The translations under genes and the position numbers were made by a program. A stretch of 64,000 nt of DNA from an uncultured delta proteobacterium (GTDB lineage: Bacteria; Desulfobacterota; Binatia; UBA9968): contig CAVXEP010000019.1 of NCBI GenBank assembly GCA_963760795.1, forward strand, positions 32,001 to 96,000, in the 5' to 3' direction. Under the pieces are notes generated by a model. It searched no databases. It was not told the DNA's origin and saw only the letters and a program-made list of their open reading frames with translations. This document shows positions 1-10,422 of the stretch, piece after piece. The stretch's first letter is position 1, and each line of letters opens with the position of its first letter.

Positions 1-1487
1 ACCACGACGTCAGCAAACATTCCCTCTTTGAGAAAGCCGCGATGATCGAGGCCGAGATTGGCTGCGGGCAGACCTGTTAGGCGCCGGATCGCTTCTTGAA
101 GCGAAATTACTTTTTCCTCGCGCACATACTTGCCAAGGAGCCTGGCGAAGTTGCCGTATGATCGAGGGTGAGTTTCGGATTTTAAGAAAACCCCTTCGGG
201 TGCGAGGGACGGTCCATCGGAACCGAAAGACACCCAGGGTTGGCGTAGAATCGTTTTGACGTTTTCCTCATTCATCAAAAAAAACACAGCCGTAATCCGG
301 GAGCGATCCTCCCGGACCAGATTCAAGACCGTTTCGACCTCGTCCTCTCCACGCATGGCTGCAACTTCTGACAATGTTTTGCCGGTCAGTGGCCGCAACT
401 TCTCCGACCTAAAGCTGATAAGAATTGTCCGGGGAATAGGACCCTGCGCGCGCATTTCCTTAATAATCCGACTACGGGTGACGGGATCTTGAAGCCTTTT
501 GTAGAGCGCCGGGTTGCCGCCGCTATGCGCCCATGCAGGTATGCGCGAGCTCAATCCGGTCGCACTGGCAGTGTACATGTACATGTTGGCTGTGATCTTT
601 AGCCCTTCTTGACGGGCATTCTCGATCCGAGCGATCACTCCGTCGATTCTGTCCCAGTTCCTTTCACCTGCCGTTTTCAAGTGGTAAATCTCGGCCGGCA
701 ATCCGGCCTCGCGGCTGATCCGGATCAATTCCTCCACTGCCTGCAGCACTCGTTGCGCTTCACTTCGAAGGTGCGAGATGTATTTTCCTTGGTACTTCGC
801 CGCGACTTTACATAGCTCGATCAGTTCCTCGGTTCGGGCATAGGTCCCAGGCGCGTAGATGAGAGCAGAGCCGATGCCAAGCGCGCCGTCCTCCATTTCG
901 CGGCGCACAAGCGCCCGCATTTGTTCCAACTGCTCGGGCGTGGGTTGTGTATCTTCCTGCCCAAGCACGTGGTCGCGGATCGTTGCAGCGCCGATGAAAG
1001 AGGCTACGTTCGGAGAGATCCCGCGCTTTTCGAGGTAAGTGAGATATTCGGCGAGCGTTGTCCAAGAAATATCGTACTTGAAATCCCTTTGAGCGGCGAT
1101 AGCCCGGCGTTTCATCGCTTCATTGAGCGGGCCCATAGAGGTTCCCTCGCCGAAGATTTCGGTGGTCACGCCCTGACGGATATCGCCCTGTGAGCGGCCG
1201 TCGACAATCAACGAGACCACCGACCAAGAAAGCATGTTGATGAATCCCGGCGCGACGGCGAACCCTCGCGCATCGATGACATTCAGCGCGTCATCTCGTT
1301 CGAGCTTGCCAAGGGCGACGATACGGTCGCCTTTGATGCCCACGTCGGCTTGGATTGGAGCCGCGCCAGTGCCGTCGTAAACGGTGCCGTCTTTGATGAG
1401 AACGTCAAACTTATCCTGTTTCGCCTGGGACCATAGCAGTGCGGGAACGATCAGCGAAAACACTAGCAGGGTAGCGACTCTTTTCAT
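1..1487 (-). CDS. N-acyl-D-amino-acid deacylase / D-aminoacylase family amidohydrolase, 3' end runs off the window
   Basis: Hand translation from ATG at 1487: MKRVATLLVFSLIVPALLWSQ (signal peptide), FDVLIKDGTVYDGTG, DVGIKGDRI, APGFINMLSW, QGVTTEIFGEG; window edge reads SLQEAIRRLTGLPAANLGLDHRGFLKEGMFADVVV. Not in the ORF track, probably because the stop lies outside the window. Confidence 0.88.
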   Translation of the reverse strand, partial: MKRVATLLVFSLIVPALLWSQAKQDKFDVLIKDGTVYDGTGAAPIQADVGIKGDRIVALGKLERDDALNVIDARGFAVAPGFINMLSWSVVSLIVDGRSQGDIRQGVTTEIFGEGTSMGPLNEAMKRRAIAAQRDFKYDISWTTLAEYLTYLEKRGISPNVASFIGAATIRDHVLGQEDTQPTPEQLEQMRALVRREMEDGALGIGSALIYAPGTYARTEELIELCKVAAKYQGKYISHLRSEAQRVLQAVEELIRISREAGLPAEIYHLKTAGERNWDRIDGVIARIENARQEGLKITANMYMYTASATGLSSRIPAWAHSGGNPALYKRLQDPVTRSRIIKEMRAQGPIPRTILISFRSEKLRPLTGKTLSEVAAMRGEDEVETVLNLVREDRSRITAVFFLMNEENVKTILRQPWVSFGSDGPSLAPEGVFLKSETHPRSYGNFARLLGKYVREEKVISLQEAIRRLTGLPAANLGLDHRGFLKEGMFADVV

Positions 1488-1514
1488 AAAAGAACTTTGA
1501 TCAACATCCGTGCA

Positions 1515-1803
1515 TCATACTCCCTCGTAATGTTCGACCGTGGGAAACGGCTCGTAGAAATGGTGCAGAAAGTGTTTCCATTCCTGATACTCGGCTGAGT
1601 TGCGAAAGCCTTCGGTGTGATCTTCGAGCCGTCGCCAGTGAACCAGTAGCAGGTTCTTGTTGTTAATTTCAATGCAGCGATGGAGTTCGTGAGAAATATA
1701 ACCCGGCATACCAGAGATGATGCTTCTTACTTGGGCGAACGCTTGTTCAAACTGCACCGATTTCCCCCGGCCGAACATTTAGAATGGCAGCTTCTAAGAT
1801 CCT
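1515..1803 (-). pseudogene. Antibiotic biosynthesis monooxygenase (ABM) family protein, start codon lost and frameshifted
   Basis: ILEAAILNVRPG then a frame change near 1765-1770 to KSVQFEQAF...GYISHELHRCIE...HTEGFRNSAEYQEWKHFLHHFYEPFPTVEHY; the expected ATG reads AGG at 1803. Confidence 0.75.
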
Positions 1804-1821
1804 TGACGGTCGCCTCGCTTG

Positions 1822-2337
1822 CTAGTGCTGATCGCTGATTGATTTGTCAGGAAACCACGCCATCGCAATATCGTCGATGAAGTTGCCGTCAGGCAGCTGT
1901 ATTCGTTTCTTGAACCGGCCTTCTTCGACAAACCCAAGCTTGGTATACAGATGAATCGCGCGCGCATTGCTAGCGCGAACTAGCAATTCAATCTTTTGCA
2001 CCTTGGGTGTCAGCCGCGCCCAGACCATCAAGTCATGCATCAGCATTTCGCCGATGCCCTGCCCAAGAAAACCTGGATGGACGACGACCGTCAGTCGAAA
2101 TACATGAGCGATCGCTTCGAGTGGCAGCGGTTCCAAGAGCGCATGGCCAACAACTTGATCATCCTTCTCCGCGACAATATAACGGCCGGCGGTGTCGAGT
2201 TCAGCGATCTTTTGGTCAAAAGCAGCGAGATTCAATTCGTGCGGGCGCGACACCAGCAGGCCTGGAGTCGCCGCGGTTTGCTGCTCCGCGGCGACAAGGC
2301 TCCTGGCATCGTTGCTTGTAGCGTTCCGTATCCTCAT
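1822..2337 (-). CDS. GNAT family N-acetyltransferase
   Basis: VHPGFLGQGIG acetyl-CoA motif A; NARAIHLYTKLGF motif B. Confidence 0.9.
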   Translation of the reverse strand: MRIRNATSNDARSLVAAEQQTAATPGLLVSRPHELNLAAFDQKIAELDTAGRYIVAEKDDQVVGHALLEPLPLEAIAHVFRLTVVVHPGFLGQGIGEMLMHDLMVWARLTPKVQKIELLVRASNARAIHLYTKLGFVEEGRFKKRIQLPDGNFIDDIAMAWFPDKSISDQH

Positions 2338-2365
2338 GAGTCAAACCCGATCCTATGTTTGGTAA

Positions 2366-3088
2366 CTATTTTGCCCGCGCTTTACACACGAAGTACAACC
2401 GTTCCGACCGATCCGATGGCCGCGCGCCTTCGGGGTCGAACACTTTGATTTCGGTGAAATAGGCTCGCAAGGAAGTCAAAATACGCTGCATCGGAAACGC
2501 GGTCTCTTCGATGGTCTCGGCGATCAGTTTATAGTCATCGCGTCTGCGATGCTCAAAGATTTTCACGTCCCATGCGAATACTCCTCCGCGCCCGCCGTTC
2601 ACTTTGATGAGCACTAGATCCCGGCCGAACTGTTTAACCCATGGCGCACCATCGACGAGGCGTTGCAGCTTGCCCGTGGTATTCACATCACAAACAAAAA
2701 CTCCGCCGGCATTGAGATGTCGGGCAACGCAACGAAAGGTTTTCTTCCAGTCGGAAAATCGCTGCAGGTGATTGATCGAGTCGAAGGCACAGACGATGGC
2801 GTCGAACCGGCGGTCGAAGTGAAAGCTCGTCATGTCCTGCCGGAAAAGGCGGATATGCGGCAGCCTCGCGCGCGCGATCGCGAGCATGGGCCGAGAGCGA
2901 TCGAGGCCGGTGACATCGTAGGATTCGGACAGGCGGCCCAATATGCCGCCGGTGCCGCAAGCGATTTCCAACAGCGTCTGCGCGCGCGGATGGTGATGCT
3001 CGATGAGATCGTGAATGAAGTTCGCCGCATCCGCTCGATCGCCCATGACCTGGTCGTAGAACCTTGAGAATCTGTCGTAGGGTGTCAT
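2366..3088 (-). CDS. Class I SAM-dependent methyltransferase
   Basis: LLEIACGTG motif I, GLDRS, QDM, FDAIVC. Confidence 0.9.
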   Translation of the reverse strand: MTPYDRFSRFYDQVMGDRADAANFIHDLIEHHHPRAQTLLEIACGTGGILGRLSESYDVTGLDRSRPMLAIARARLPHIRLFRQDMTSFHFDRRFDAIVCAFDSINHLQRFSDWKKTFRCVARHLNAGGVFVCDVNTTGKLQRLVDGAPWVKQFGRDLVLIKVNGGRGGVFAWDVKIFEHRRRDDYKLIAETIEETAFPMQRILTSLRAYFTEIKVFDPEGARPSDRSERLYFVCKARAK

Positions 3089-3240
3089 CAGTTACCGTCT
3101 TACTTTGAGCACAGCGTGTTCGCGTCAAGATGGAATCTTTTCCACGATCCGAAAGGTTTTTCGTCGATGGTGAATTCAAGCGCGGCGCGGCAAAAATAGT
3201 TGAGGCTGGCGCACTGCCGGACTCAGATGGTGCGCGACCG

Positions 3241-4128
3241 TTACTTGCGCTGTGCGAGAATCTTCAGGGCAGCTTTTTTGACTTTCATGTCCCGGTCATC
3301 CAGCAGAGCTTCTATCTCCCTTGGAAATCCTTGCATCGCGGCCTGCGCTGCATCCTCGGCTAATCTTTTAATCGCCAAGCCGCGAATCCTCGGGTCCGTA
3401 TCCTTAAGAAGCTTTCGGTAGACTTCGATGTGGTCTCGCGTCTCGGCTAACAGGCCGAAACAAGCGAGCGCATCGAAGCGCATGGCGGGTTCATCATGTT
3501 CCAAGCATTTCAGATAGACCTTGATGACGTCCTGCCGTTTCGCAGCGAAGCGCCAGAGGTTGAGCAGGATGGCGTGCTTTTGTTCCGAACCACCGTGCTC
3601 CAGCCGTTCTAGCAGAAGCGGCAGGATGCGATCGTCCCTGAGATTGCACAGCGCATTCACCGCCGTTTGCCGAACTTGCTCGTCGCTGTCATAGAGCCGC
3701 TCGATCAGGGGAATCCCCGCCTCAACGTTTCCCTTCCATCCCAACGCGAAGGTTGCGTGGAGTCTCAGATCGCGATCCGCGCTTGCGATGTCGTTGAGGA
3801 GCTTGTCGATCAGCGATCGAGCATCTTTCAACAACGGACCCATGACGCTTATCTGGATCGCGGCGTGCTGGCGAATTTCTTCGTCTTCCGCGCTGTCGGT
3901 CATGATTTCATACAACGGCCCAATGCATTGTTCATTGGCAAAGGTGCCGAGCACGAATAGTATTTCTCTTTTAAGCTCCCGGTCGGCGTGCTTGAGGGCT
4001 CTTAAGAGCAAAGGAATCGCCTGATCGCGCTCGTCAACGAACAGGTCGACGGATGCAACATAATTCTGAGCTTTCTCAAGAATCCGTTGTTTCGACTCGA
4101 ATTCGATTACGCGGGTGGTTTTTTTCAT
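3241..4128 (-). CDS. HEAT/PBS-lyase-like repeat protein
   Basis: Repeated units such as PLIERLYDSDEQVRQTAVNAL, LLKDTDPRIRGLAIKRL, LLDDRDMKVKKAALKIL. Confidence 0.85.
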   Translation of the reverse strand: MKKTTRVIEFESKQRILEKAQNYVASVDLFVDERDQAIPLLLRALKHADRELKREILFVLGTFANEQCIGPLYEIMTDSAEDEEIRQHAAIQISVMGPLLKDARSLIDKLLNDIASADRDLRLHATFALGWKGNVEAGIPLIERLYDSDEQVRQTAVNALCNLRDDRILPLLLERLEHGGSEQKHAILLNLWRFAAKRQDVIKVYLKCLEHDEPAMRFDALACFGLLAETRDHIEVYRKLLKDTDPRIRGLAIKRLAEDAAQAAMQGFPREIEALLDDRDMKVKKAALKILAQRK

Positions 4129-4158
4129 AAAATCGGGATCGCGAGGATGTAAGATTTT

Positions 4159-4681
4159 TCACGCATCGTGAATTCCCGTTCCAAGCTTTGGAACGACATG
4201 CCGCCCAACAATTATCAGATCGCGCTCCACGCCGTCCAGCTCGGCGACGCGCGGCAAAACGCCCCAGCGGTGAAAGCCGAATTTCTCGAATAGCCGCAGG
4301 CTCGCGTCGTTGTGGGCGAAGATGAAACCGAGGAGAGTTTTCAACCCCAAGTCGCGGCGCCTGCACGACCGCTTGAGAGAGCAGCGCGTTGCCGATTCCT
4401 TTGCGCTGCCAGTTCGGAGCGATGTAAACGCTCAACTCAGCGGTCGCATGATAGGCAGGGCGGCCATAGAACGATTGAAAGCTGAGCCAGCCGGCGATGA
4501 TATCGTTTTGCACCGCGACCCAAAGCGGCCGCGCGTTCGGATTGTGTTCATGGAACCAGTCACGCCGGCTTGCGACGGTTACCGGTTGGGTATCGGCCGT
4601 GGCCGCCCGTCCTGGAATGGACGCATTGTAAATTGCGACAATGGCCGGAAGATCAGCTACTATGGCATCTCGAATCGTCAT
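4159..4681 (-). CDS. GNAT phosphinothricin/methionine-sulfoximine acetyltransferase-like protein (YncA/Pat family), frameshifted near 4350
   Basis: IRDAIVADLPAIVAIYN...YGRPAYHATAELSVYI...RKGIG in one frame; GLKTLLGFIFAHNDASLRLFEKFGF in the other. Confidence 0.85.
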
Positions 4682-4692
4682 GCTACTTGGCT

Positions 4693-5392
4693 TTACAATC
4701 TCAGCTCGATGCCGAAAATACCCAACACTTCAGACAACGTCGAAATACTTTTGCCTTGCCACTCACGCGCTTCTCGGCGGATTTCCCTGTGCGATTCCGC
4801 TGTCTTGATCAGCACCGGCTGCATGCCGACTTGCGCGGCGGCGGTTAGCTCGTAGTTTTCACCATCGGCGACATACAGGCATTCTGTCAGGTCCAACGCC
4901 AAGGCGTTCGCAGGCGAGATGATAGATTTCCCGAGCCGGTTTCTTGATCCGTTCGCGGCTGGAGAAGACTGTCGAATCGAAAAGTTCAGCGAATTCGGTT
5001 TCCGGCCAGACGATGGGGATTTCGATGGAGCAATTGCTGAGCAAGCCGATTTTGAAACCGTTGATTTTTAGTTGTGCGAGGGTTGTGACGGCGTCAGGTC
5101 GTGGCGTCAGCGCCCGTCGGGTAAGTTGCAGGCGGGTTTCAACCGCCCGAGCCATTTGCTCGTCTGTCACCGACGCGCCGATGATATCGCAGACATACTC
5201 GATGCTCGCCTCGACGGTTTGAAACTCGCCCAGACTCCGCCGGTCGGTCAGTTGTCGCCAGTGCTGCATGAAGGGATCGTAGGGTAGACCGAGCGCCGCG
5301 GGGAACTCTGCATGGTTCGAACCGGCGGACGCCGCGGCGAAGTCGTCGACGATGGTCCCGAATAGGTCGAAGATGACCGCTTGAAACTTCAT
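4693..5392 (-). CDS. HAD-superfamily hydrolase, frameshifted near 4895
   Basis: FDLFGT motif I, LLSN motif II, KKPAREIY motif III, then CLYVADGENYEL in the next frame. Confidence 0.85.
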
Positions 5393-5950
5393 TTAACGAA
5401 CCTTTGCGTACACAAAACAGTCTCTTGGCTCGGCTGAGACGTTCGGATGAACGATATATCGCCTAAGAATACCTTCGCGCTGCATGCCGACTTTTTCCAG
5501 CACCCGTGCCGATGCCTTGTTCTCCACATCGCATACCGCCCAAACACGATAAATGGTTGCGAGCCGGATCGCCCAATCGACAATTGCCGTCGCCGCTTCC
5601 GTGACATATCCACGGCCCCAGAAGGCGCGTCCGAGGACATAACCGATGTCGGCTGCGTGTTCACGCGCACGGCAGCCGATCATTCCGATGGCGCGATCGT
5701 CCCCAGGTAGCGTGAGTACCCATGAATACTCTTCACCGGAATCCCATCTGGAGAGCCGCGACTGCAAGAATGGGGCAACCTCGTTTTGATCGTTGTAGGG
5801 GAGCCAGGTCACATACCGCGTCACCTCTGGATCGCTGGCATAGTTGGCGAATATGTCTCCCGCATCGGACATGCGGGGTCGCCGAAGTATCAGACGTTCT
5901 GTCTCGAATACTCCGGGCGGAGCAATTGAACGAGTTTGTTCCATGAGCAA
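5393..5950 (-). CDS. RimJ/RimL-type GNAT acetyltransferase
   Basis: ETERLILRR, IGYVLGRAFWGRGY, NKASARVLEKVGM. Confidence 0.9.
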   Translation of the reverse strand: MLMEQTRSIAPPGVFETERLILRRPRMSDAGDIFANYASDPEVTRYVTWLPYNDQNEVAPFLQSRLSRWDSGEEYSWVLTLPGDDRAIGMIGCRAREHAADIGYVLGRAFWGRGYVTEAATAIVDWAIRLATIYRVWAVCDVENKASARVLEKVGMQREGILRRYIVHPNVSAEPRDCFVYAKVR

Positions 5951-6034
5951 TTTTCCAATGACTATTACCGCCCTACACGTTCAAGCGGCAAGTCGAACTC
6001 GCGGTGGGTCGTGAAGTCGGCCTCTGCTCCACCC

Positions 6035-7228
6035 TCAAAAAACATCCATGGTCGGAAATTTAGCTTCGCCATTTATACAGTCCCACAGATACACGGCAAG
6101 GCCGACGTCGCCTGTCCAGAGCGAGTAGCGGCGGTGTCCGTACTCCCTGGCGTGCCGCTCGCTCTGCTCGATGGCGTGCATCGCGAATGCACGCGCGCGC
6201 TCCAGCCACTTTGCGTCGCCGGTCCTGCGATAGAGTTTTAGAAAGGCGTAGCCATTGCCGGCGGTGCCGTGACACAGGTTCGGGCCTTTTGTCAGTGGCC
6301 CCGCTCTCCATATGAGTTCGCCACCTTTTACCAATAATCGATCGAATACCTCGTCCGCACCGGACGGGAGGTCGGCAAGACAGGTGATCATGCCGGGCGC
6401 GCCGTGACAATGTTGAACGAGATTACCCGTACCGCCCAAGCCCGCAGGCCAATTGGCGTAGACAGCGTCGGCCTTCGCGCTACGTTCAAGAGTTTCCTTA
6501 GCCCGTGACTCGACGAGTGACAGGGTTTGTGAGTCGAGATATTTGCGACCCTTGAGGATTGCGAAAACATTTGCCGCAAAACCATGCACAGCGCCAAGGT
6601 AAATACTCGACCGTCCATACAGGTCCTGAGTCCAGACGTAGCAGTTGTGCTCCTCGTTCTTTTCCAGTTCGCTTATGAGCTGTCCAACATTTCGCAGGTA
6701 GACTTCCTTCCAGCGCTCATCGCCAGTTGACTCGAGCATAAAAAGCGCAGCCAACATGGTTCCAGGCGCGCCCCACATGAGTTCCCGCGCCGGGTTCGTC
6801 ATGTTTGCCTCGACGGCTTGAAAGATTTGGTCAGCCAGAGCATCGCTCGGAGAGAGGCGCCATTGCACCAGTAATATTCCGACATCACCCATAAGGTACG
6901 AATTTGTCTGCGGGCCACGGAGCTTCATATCGGCGCGATTTTTCGCAGCCAGATCGACGAGCGAGTTCGCATAGTCGAGCTTCATCGCCGTCGCGCCAAC
7001 GACGTTTAGATAATCCAGCGCCCATATGACTCCCGCCGCGCCGAAATAGAGCATCCGAAAAGGCTCGGTCGGTGTGTCAGTGAATTTGTCGAGAGGATGA
7101 ATCGGCCAAAGTTTTTGCGGATCGAAGCGCCCATGAGTATCTCGGACGATCCGATCGATGGCTTCAAGCGCCAATTCCTGGTTCCATTCTGCCTCGATGA
7201 GCGGTTCGTGTCTTGCTTCTTCGTACAT
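6035..7228 (-). CDS. Lanthionine synthetase C-like (LanC/LanCL) protein
   Basis: Repeated GxxG helical motifs; GAVHG, QHCHGAPG and NLCHGTAGNG carry the LanC acid His and the Zn ligands; C-terminal SLWTGDVG...FPTMD. Confidence 0.88.
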   Translation of the reverse strand: MYEEARHEPLIEAEWNQELALEAIDRIVRDTHGRFDPQKLWPIHPLDKFTDTPTEPFRMLYFGAAGVIWALDYLNVVGATAMKLDYANSLVDLAAKNRADMKLRGPQTNSYLMGDVGILLVQWRLSPSDALADQIFQAVEANMTNPARELMWGAPGTMLAALFMLESTGDERWKEVYLRNVGQLISELEKNEEHNCYVWTQDLYGRSSIYLGAVHGFAANVFAILKGRKYLDSQTLSLVESRAKETLERSAKADAVYANWPAGLGGTGNLVQHCHGAPGMITCLADLPSGADEVFDRLLVKGGELIWRAGPLTKGPNLCHGTAGNGYAFLKLYRRTGDAKWLERARAFAMHAIEQSERHAREYGHRRYSLWTGDVGLAVYLWDCINGEAKFPTMDVF

Positions 7229-7332
7229 GAGAATGCCTCGATATCAGCGTGCGGTGTCGTGCAAAAGGCCGTCCTGCTCGGTCTTGTTGGGATCGAGGAC
7301 GGTTAGTCTCATGAAGCGCTCAGTCTACCCAG

Positions 7333-8193
7333 TTAGCTTGTGGTGCCAACGGCAATCCTAGACAGGCAAAAGGTGTCGCCATGGAACCAGCAGCCATCAC
7401 TCGCCTTATGCTTGTCTCGGCGCAGTGACTGGACCGACTTCTCGTCGTCTCGCTTGAATGCTGCCGTCAATTTCTTATTCAAGGCTGCGTCACGAGCGCC
7501 GGCGCAAGGAAAAATGCCGACGCGAGAGACGAACGAGGCAGCGAACCCTGCGGGTTCACGCGTGATCTTGACTATTGCTCCTTCAGTGCCACCTTCCTCG
7601 CCGGTAACCGTTAGCGGAAGTATGAGTCGTCCGTCAGGCCGCAACGAGTCCAGCCAGATTGAGCGCGGATGCGTAGCCCCGGCATTAACCAGTATCGCAT
7701 CGCAGGGTCCAGGGTCTTCTTCGCCGCCGTCGCCCTCGATGATTTTGACCTGCGTCAGATAGCGCAGATTACTCTGTGCCCGTCGAGCGAGTTCGGAGTC
7801 GATCTCCATCGCAGTAACCTGTCCGGTCGGACCGACAATGTCGGCCATGACCGCGCTGTAGTAACCAGGGCCGCAACCGATGTGGACTACATGATCTGCT
7901 GCCTTTAGTTTCAATTGATCTATTAAAAAAGCAAGAAAGCTGGGGTGTCCGTTGTTAAGATGCTGCTCCGCATCAATGACGACCAGCAGATTATGATACA
8001 GGTGTTTCGGATCAGCATCCGTGGTGGTCCAAACGGACTCTAGTCCGGGACTGAATACCTGCCAGGGTCCTGGGCCGAGGAAATGTTCGCGGGGAACTTT
8101 GGCGAATGCCCGCACCAGCGCTGCCGATTGGAGATTGGACACCGCACGCAGCTCTTCGGCGTAGTAGTGACGTATTTCGTCTAGGTCACCCAT
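7333..8193 (-). CDS. Protein-L-isoaspartate O-methyltransferase (PIMT)-like methyltransferase
   Basis: AFAKVPREHFLGPGPW, VVHIGCGPGYYSA, GDG, DAILVNAGATHP, WLDSLRPDGRLILP. Confidence 0.85.
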   Translation of the reverse strand: MGDLDEIRHYYAEELRAVSNLQSAALVRAFAKVPREHFLGPGPWQVFSPGLESVWTTTDADPKHLYHNLLVVIDAEQHLNNGHPSFLAFLIDQLKLKAADHVVHIGCGPGYYSAVMADIVGPTGQVTAMEIDSELARRAQSNLRYLTQVKIIEGDGGEEDPGPCDAILVNAGATHPRSIWLDSLRPDGRLILPLTVTGEEGGTEGAIVKITREPAGFAASFVSRVGIFPCAGARDAALNKKLTAAFKRDDEKSVQSLRRDKHKASDGCWFHGDTFCLSRIAVGTTS

Positions 8194-8231
8194 TGCCCAC
8201 CCTTTCCTTTGGCTAAGAGTTTGGTCTTTCG

Positions 8232-8300
8232 TTACTCAAATATCCAATCCTGCACATCGCACACCGGTCGGTAGCCGATCTTCTGGTAGATGATTGCGAT
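8232..8300 (-). pseudogene. C-terminal remnant of a GNAT (FR47-like) acetyltransferase
   Basis: Hand translation IYQKIGYRPVCDVQDWIFE* resembles the motif-B C-terminus of GNATs; no matching upstream portion. Confidence 0.55.
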
Positions 8301-8459
8301 TATTTGCGCACAGATTAACACGGTCGGCATTGTGCTCTCGCCATTCCCGTGCAGAACGGAACTCCATGACCTCAGCCCCTTCCGGATTCAGGTTCGCGCC
8401 GGCGATTGCCAGCTTGCCCGGAATGACGGACAAATAGGATAACGAATGGCGTGCGCGGT

Positions 8460-10386
8460 TTACAGATTCTCGATCTCGACCGGTTCCACCGGCTCCGCCA
8501 ACTCGAAGCCAAACACTTTCGAGTAGAAATAGAGCTCGGCTTCCAACACGCGTCTGATGTTTTCCGCTTTGCGGAAGCCGTGCTGCTCGCCTTCGAAGGT
8601 CAGATAGGCCACCGGGAGTTTCTTGGCGCGCACGGCTTCGACCATTTTCTCGGCTTGATTGGGCGGGACGACTTTGTCTTCCAGGCCTTGGAAGATGATC
8701 ATGGAACAATTTAACTTTTCGGTGAAGTGGATCGGCGAGCGGGCGACGTAGAGATCGCGCCGTTCGGGGTAGGGGCCGATCAGTCGATCGAGGTAGCGCG
8801 ACTCGAATTTATGGGTGTCTTTGGCCAGCGCTTCCAAGTCGCAGATGCCGTAGTGGCTGGCACCGGCTTTGAAAACGTCGCGGAAGGTGAGGGCGCACAG
8901 TGTCGTGTAACCGCCGGCGCTGCCGCCACGAATCGCCAGGCGGTTACCATCGACTTCGCCGCGCTCTGCCAGATAGCGCGCGCCGTTGGCGCAGTCGTCG
9001 ACATCGACGATACCCCATTTGCCGTTCAATCTTTCACGATAGGCGCGGCCGTAACCGGAGCTGCCGCCGTAATTGACATCGAGCACGGCGACGCCGCGGC
9101 TGGTCCAGTATTGGATCGAATATTTTAGCGAGCCTGAGCTCGACGAGGTCGGTCCGCCGTGGCTCATGACCAACAGCGGCGGCTTTTCATTCGCCGGCGG
9201 GGTGTAGTCGCGGTTCTTCGGCGGGTAGAAATAACCATGCGCCGTCAGGCCCTGTTCGGTTGGGAATTCGACGGCGCGCGCTGCGGAGAGATAGCCGGCG
9301 TCGACGCCTGTCTGGCGTGATCTGCGCAGCACTTCGAGTTTATCGGCCGACAGATCCAAGGCGACGACGGCGCTCGTCTCCATCGCCGACGCGCCGATGA
9401 AAACCACGCGGTCGGCGGCGACGCGAACTTGGGAAATCGCCGAATAGGGAAGTTCGATGGCGCGCAGGGTTTTCGTCTCCGGTGTCGAGCGCGGCGAGAT
9501 AGTCAATGCCGTCCCTGGTGTAGCTACAGACAATTTGTCGTTCGGATGCGAAGCCATAGAGCGAGCCGCCGAATGCCCATTGCGGCTGGCCGAACTCCGC
9601 TGCCATGGGGCACAGCGCTTCAACTTGGTTGTCGCGCCAGCGGTAAAGATTCCACCAGCCGGTGCGGTCAGAAATAAAATGCAGCACGCCTTCTGGGGAC
9701 CACTGGGGCTGGTAAATGGATTCGTTAGCGCCACCGGCAAGGAGGTGGCGCTCGCCCACCGATCCGTCACCGTTTAGCTGGGCGAGCCAAAGTTCAGTGC
9801 CATCCCACGGCATGTTGGGATGATTCCAACTGAGCCAGGCCAGCTGTGAACCGTCTGGACTCAAACGCGGCGACGAATAGAAGTCATTCCCTGATAGCAC
9901 GACGGCGCCGCCGTCGTCGCTGTCGAGATCGAGGGCGACGACAGTATTGACCGCTTCGCCCGAGCCCGTGTGGTCCTCGCGGACGGTGTAAAAAAGATTT
10001 CTCCGCCGATCGAATTGTCCGTCGGCGAAACGTCGCGCTGCGCTGGAAGTTAGCGGTCGCGGTTGCGCGTCAACGGGCTGGAGGTAAAGCCGTTGATCGG
10101 TGAAATTCGAGAAGACAATAGTTCGATCGGCGACCGCATAATCGCCGCCGCCATACTCGTGTACGCGGGTGCGGGCGTTGAATCCCGCTGGCGTGACATC
10201 GGTGATTTCTCCGTTTGCCGCGCGCCGCACGATAACTTTGCGCCCGCCTTCTTGCGCGCGCCGCTCGATCCAATAGATGTCCTGGCCGTCGATGCGGATT
10301 TGTTCGAGGCCGATTTCACCGCCGCCAATCAAATCGGCTGTGATTGGCGACTTCCACGAGCCGTAAGGGGAGATGATTGGACTCAT
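8460..10386 (-). CDS. S9 family (prolyl oligopeptidase / acylaminoacyl peptidase-like) serine peptidase, frameshifted near 9465
   Basis: N-terminal [11 protein letters not shown]; HGGPT, GGSAGG nucleophile, QGLEDKVVP (Asp), EQHGF (His). Confidence 0.92.
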
Positions 10387-10422
10387 AAAATGGTTCGTTT
10401 CATTTATTCTAGCAATTTTGTA

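Noticed and set aside
7244-7312. 22-aa ORF MRLTVLDPNKTEQDGLLHDTAR between the PIMT-like and LanC-like genes as a lanthipeptide precursor
   Set aside because: No Cys, no leader/core organisation and no clear RBS.
1515-8300. Integron cassette array
   Set aside because: Several genes abut or overlap; no GTTRRRY/RYYYAAC attC palindromes or integrase seen.
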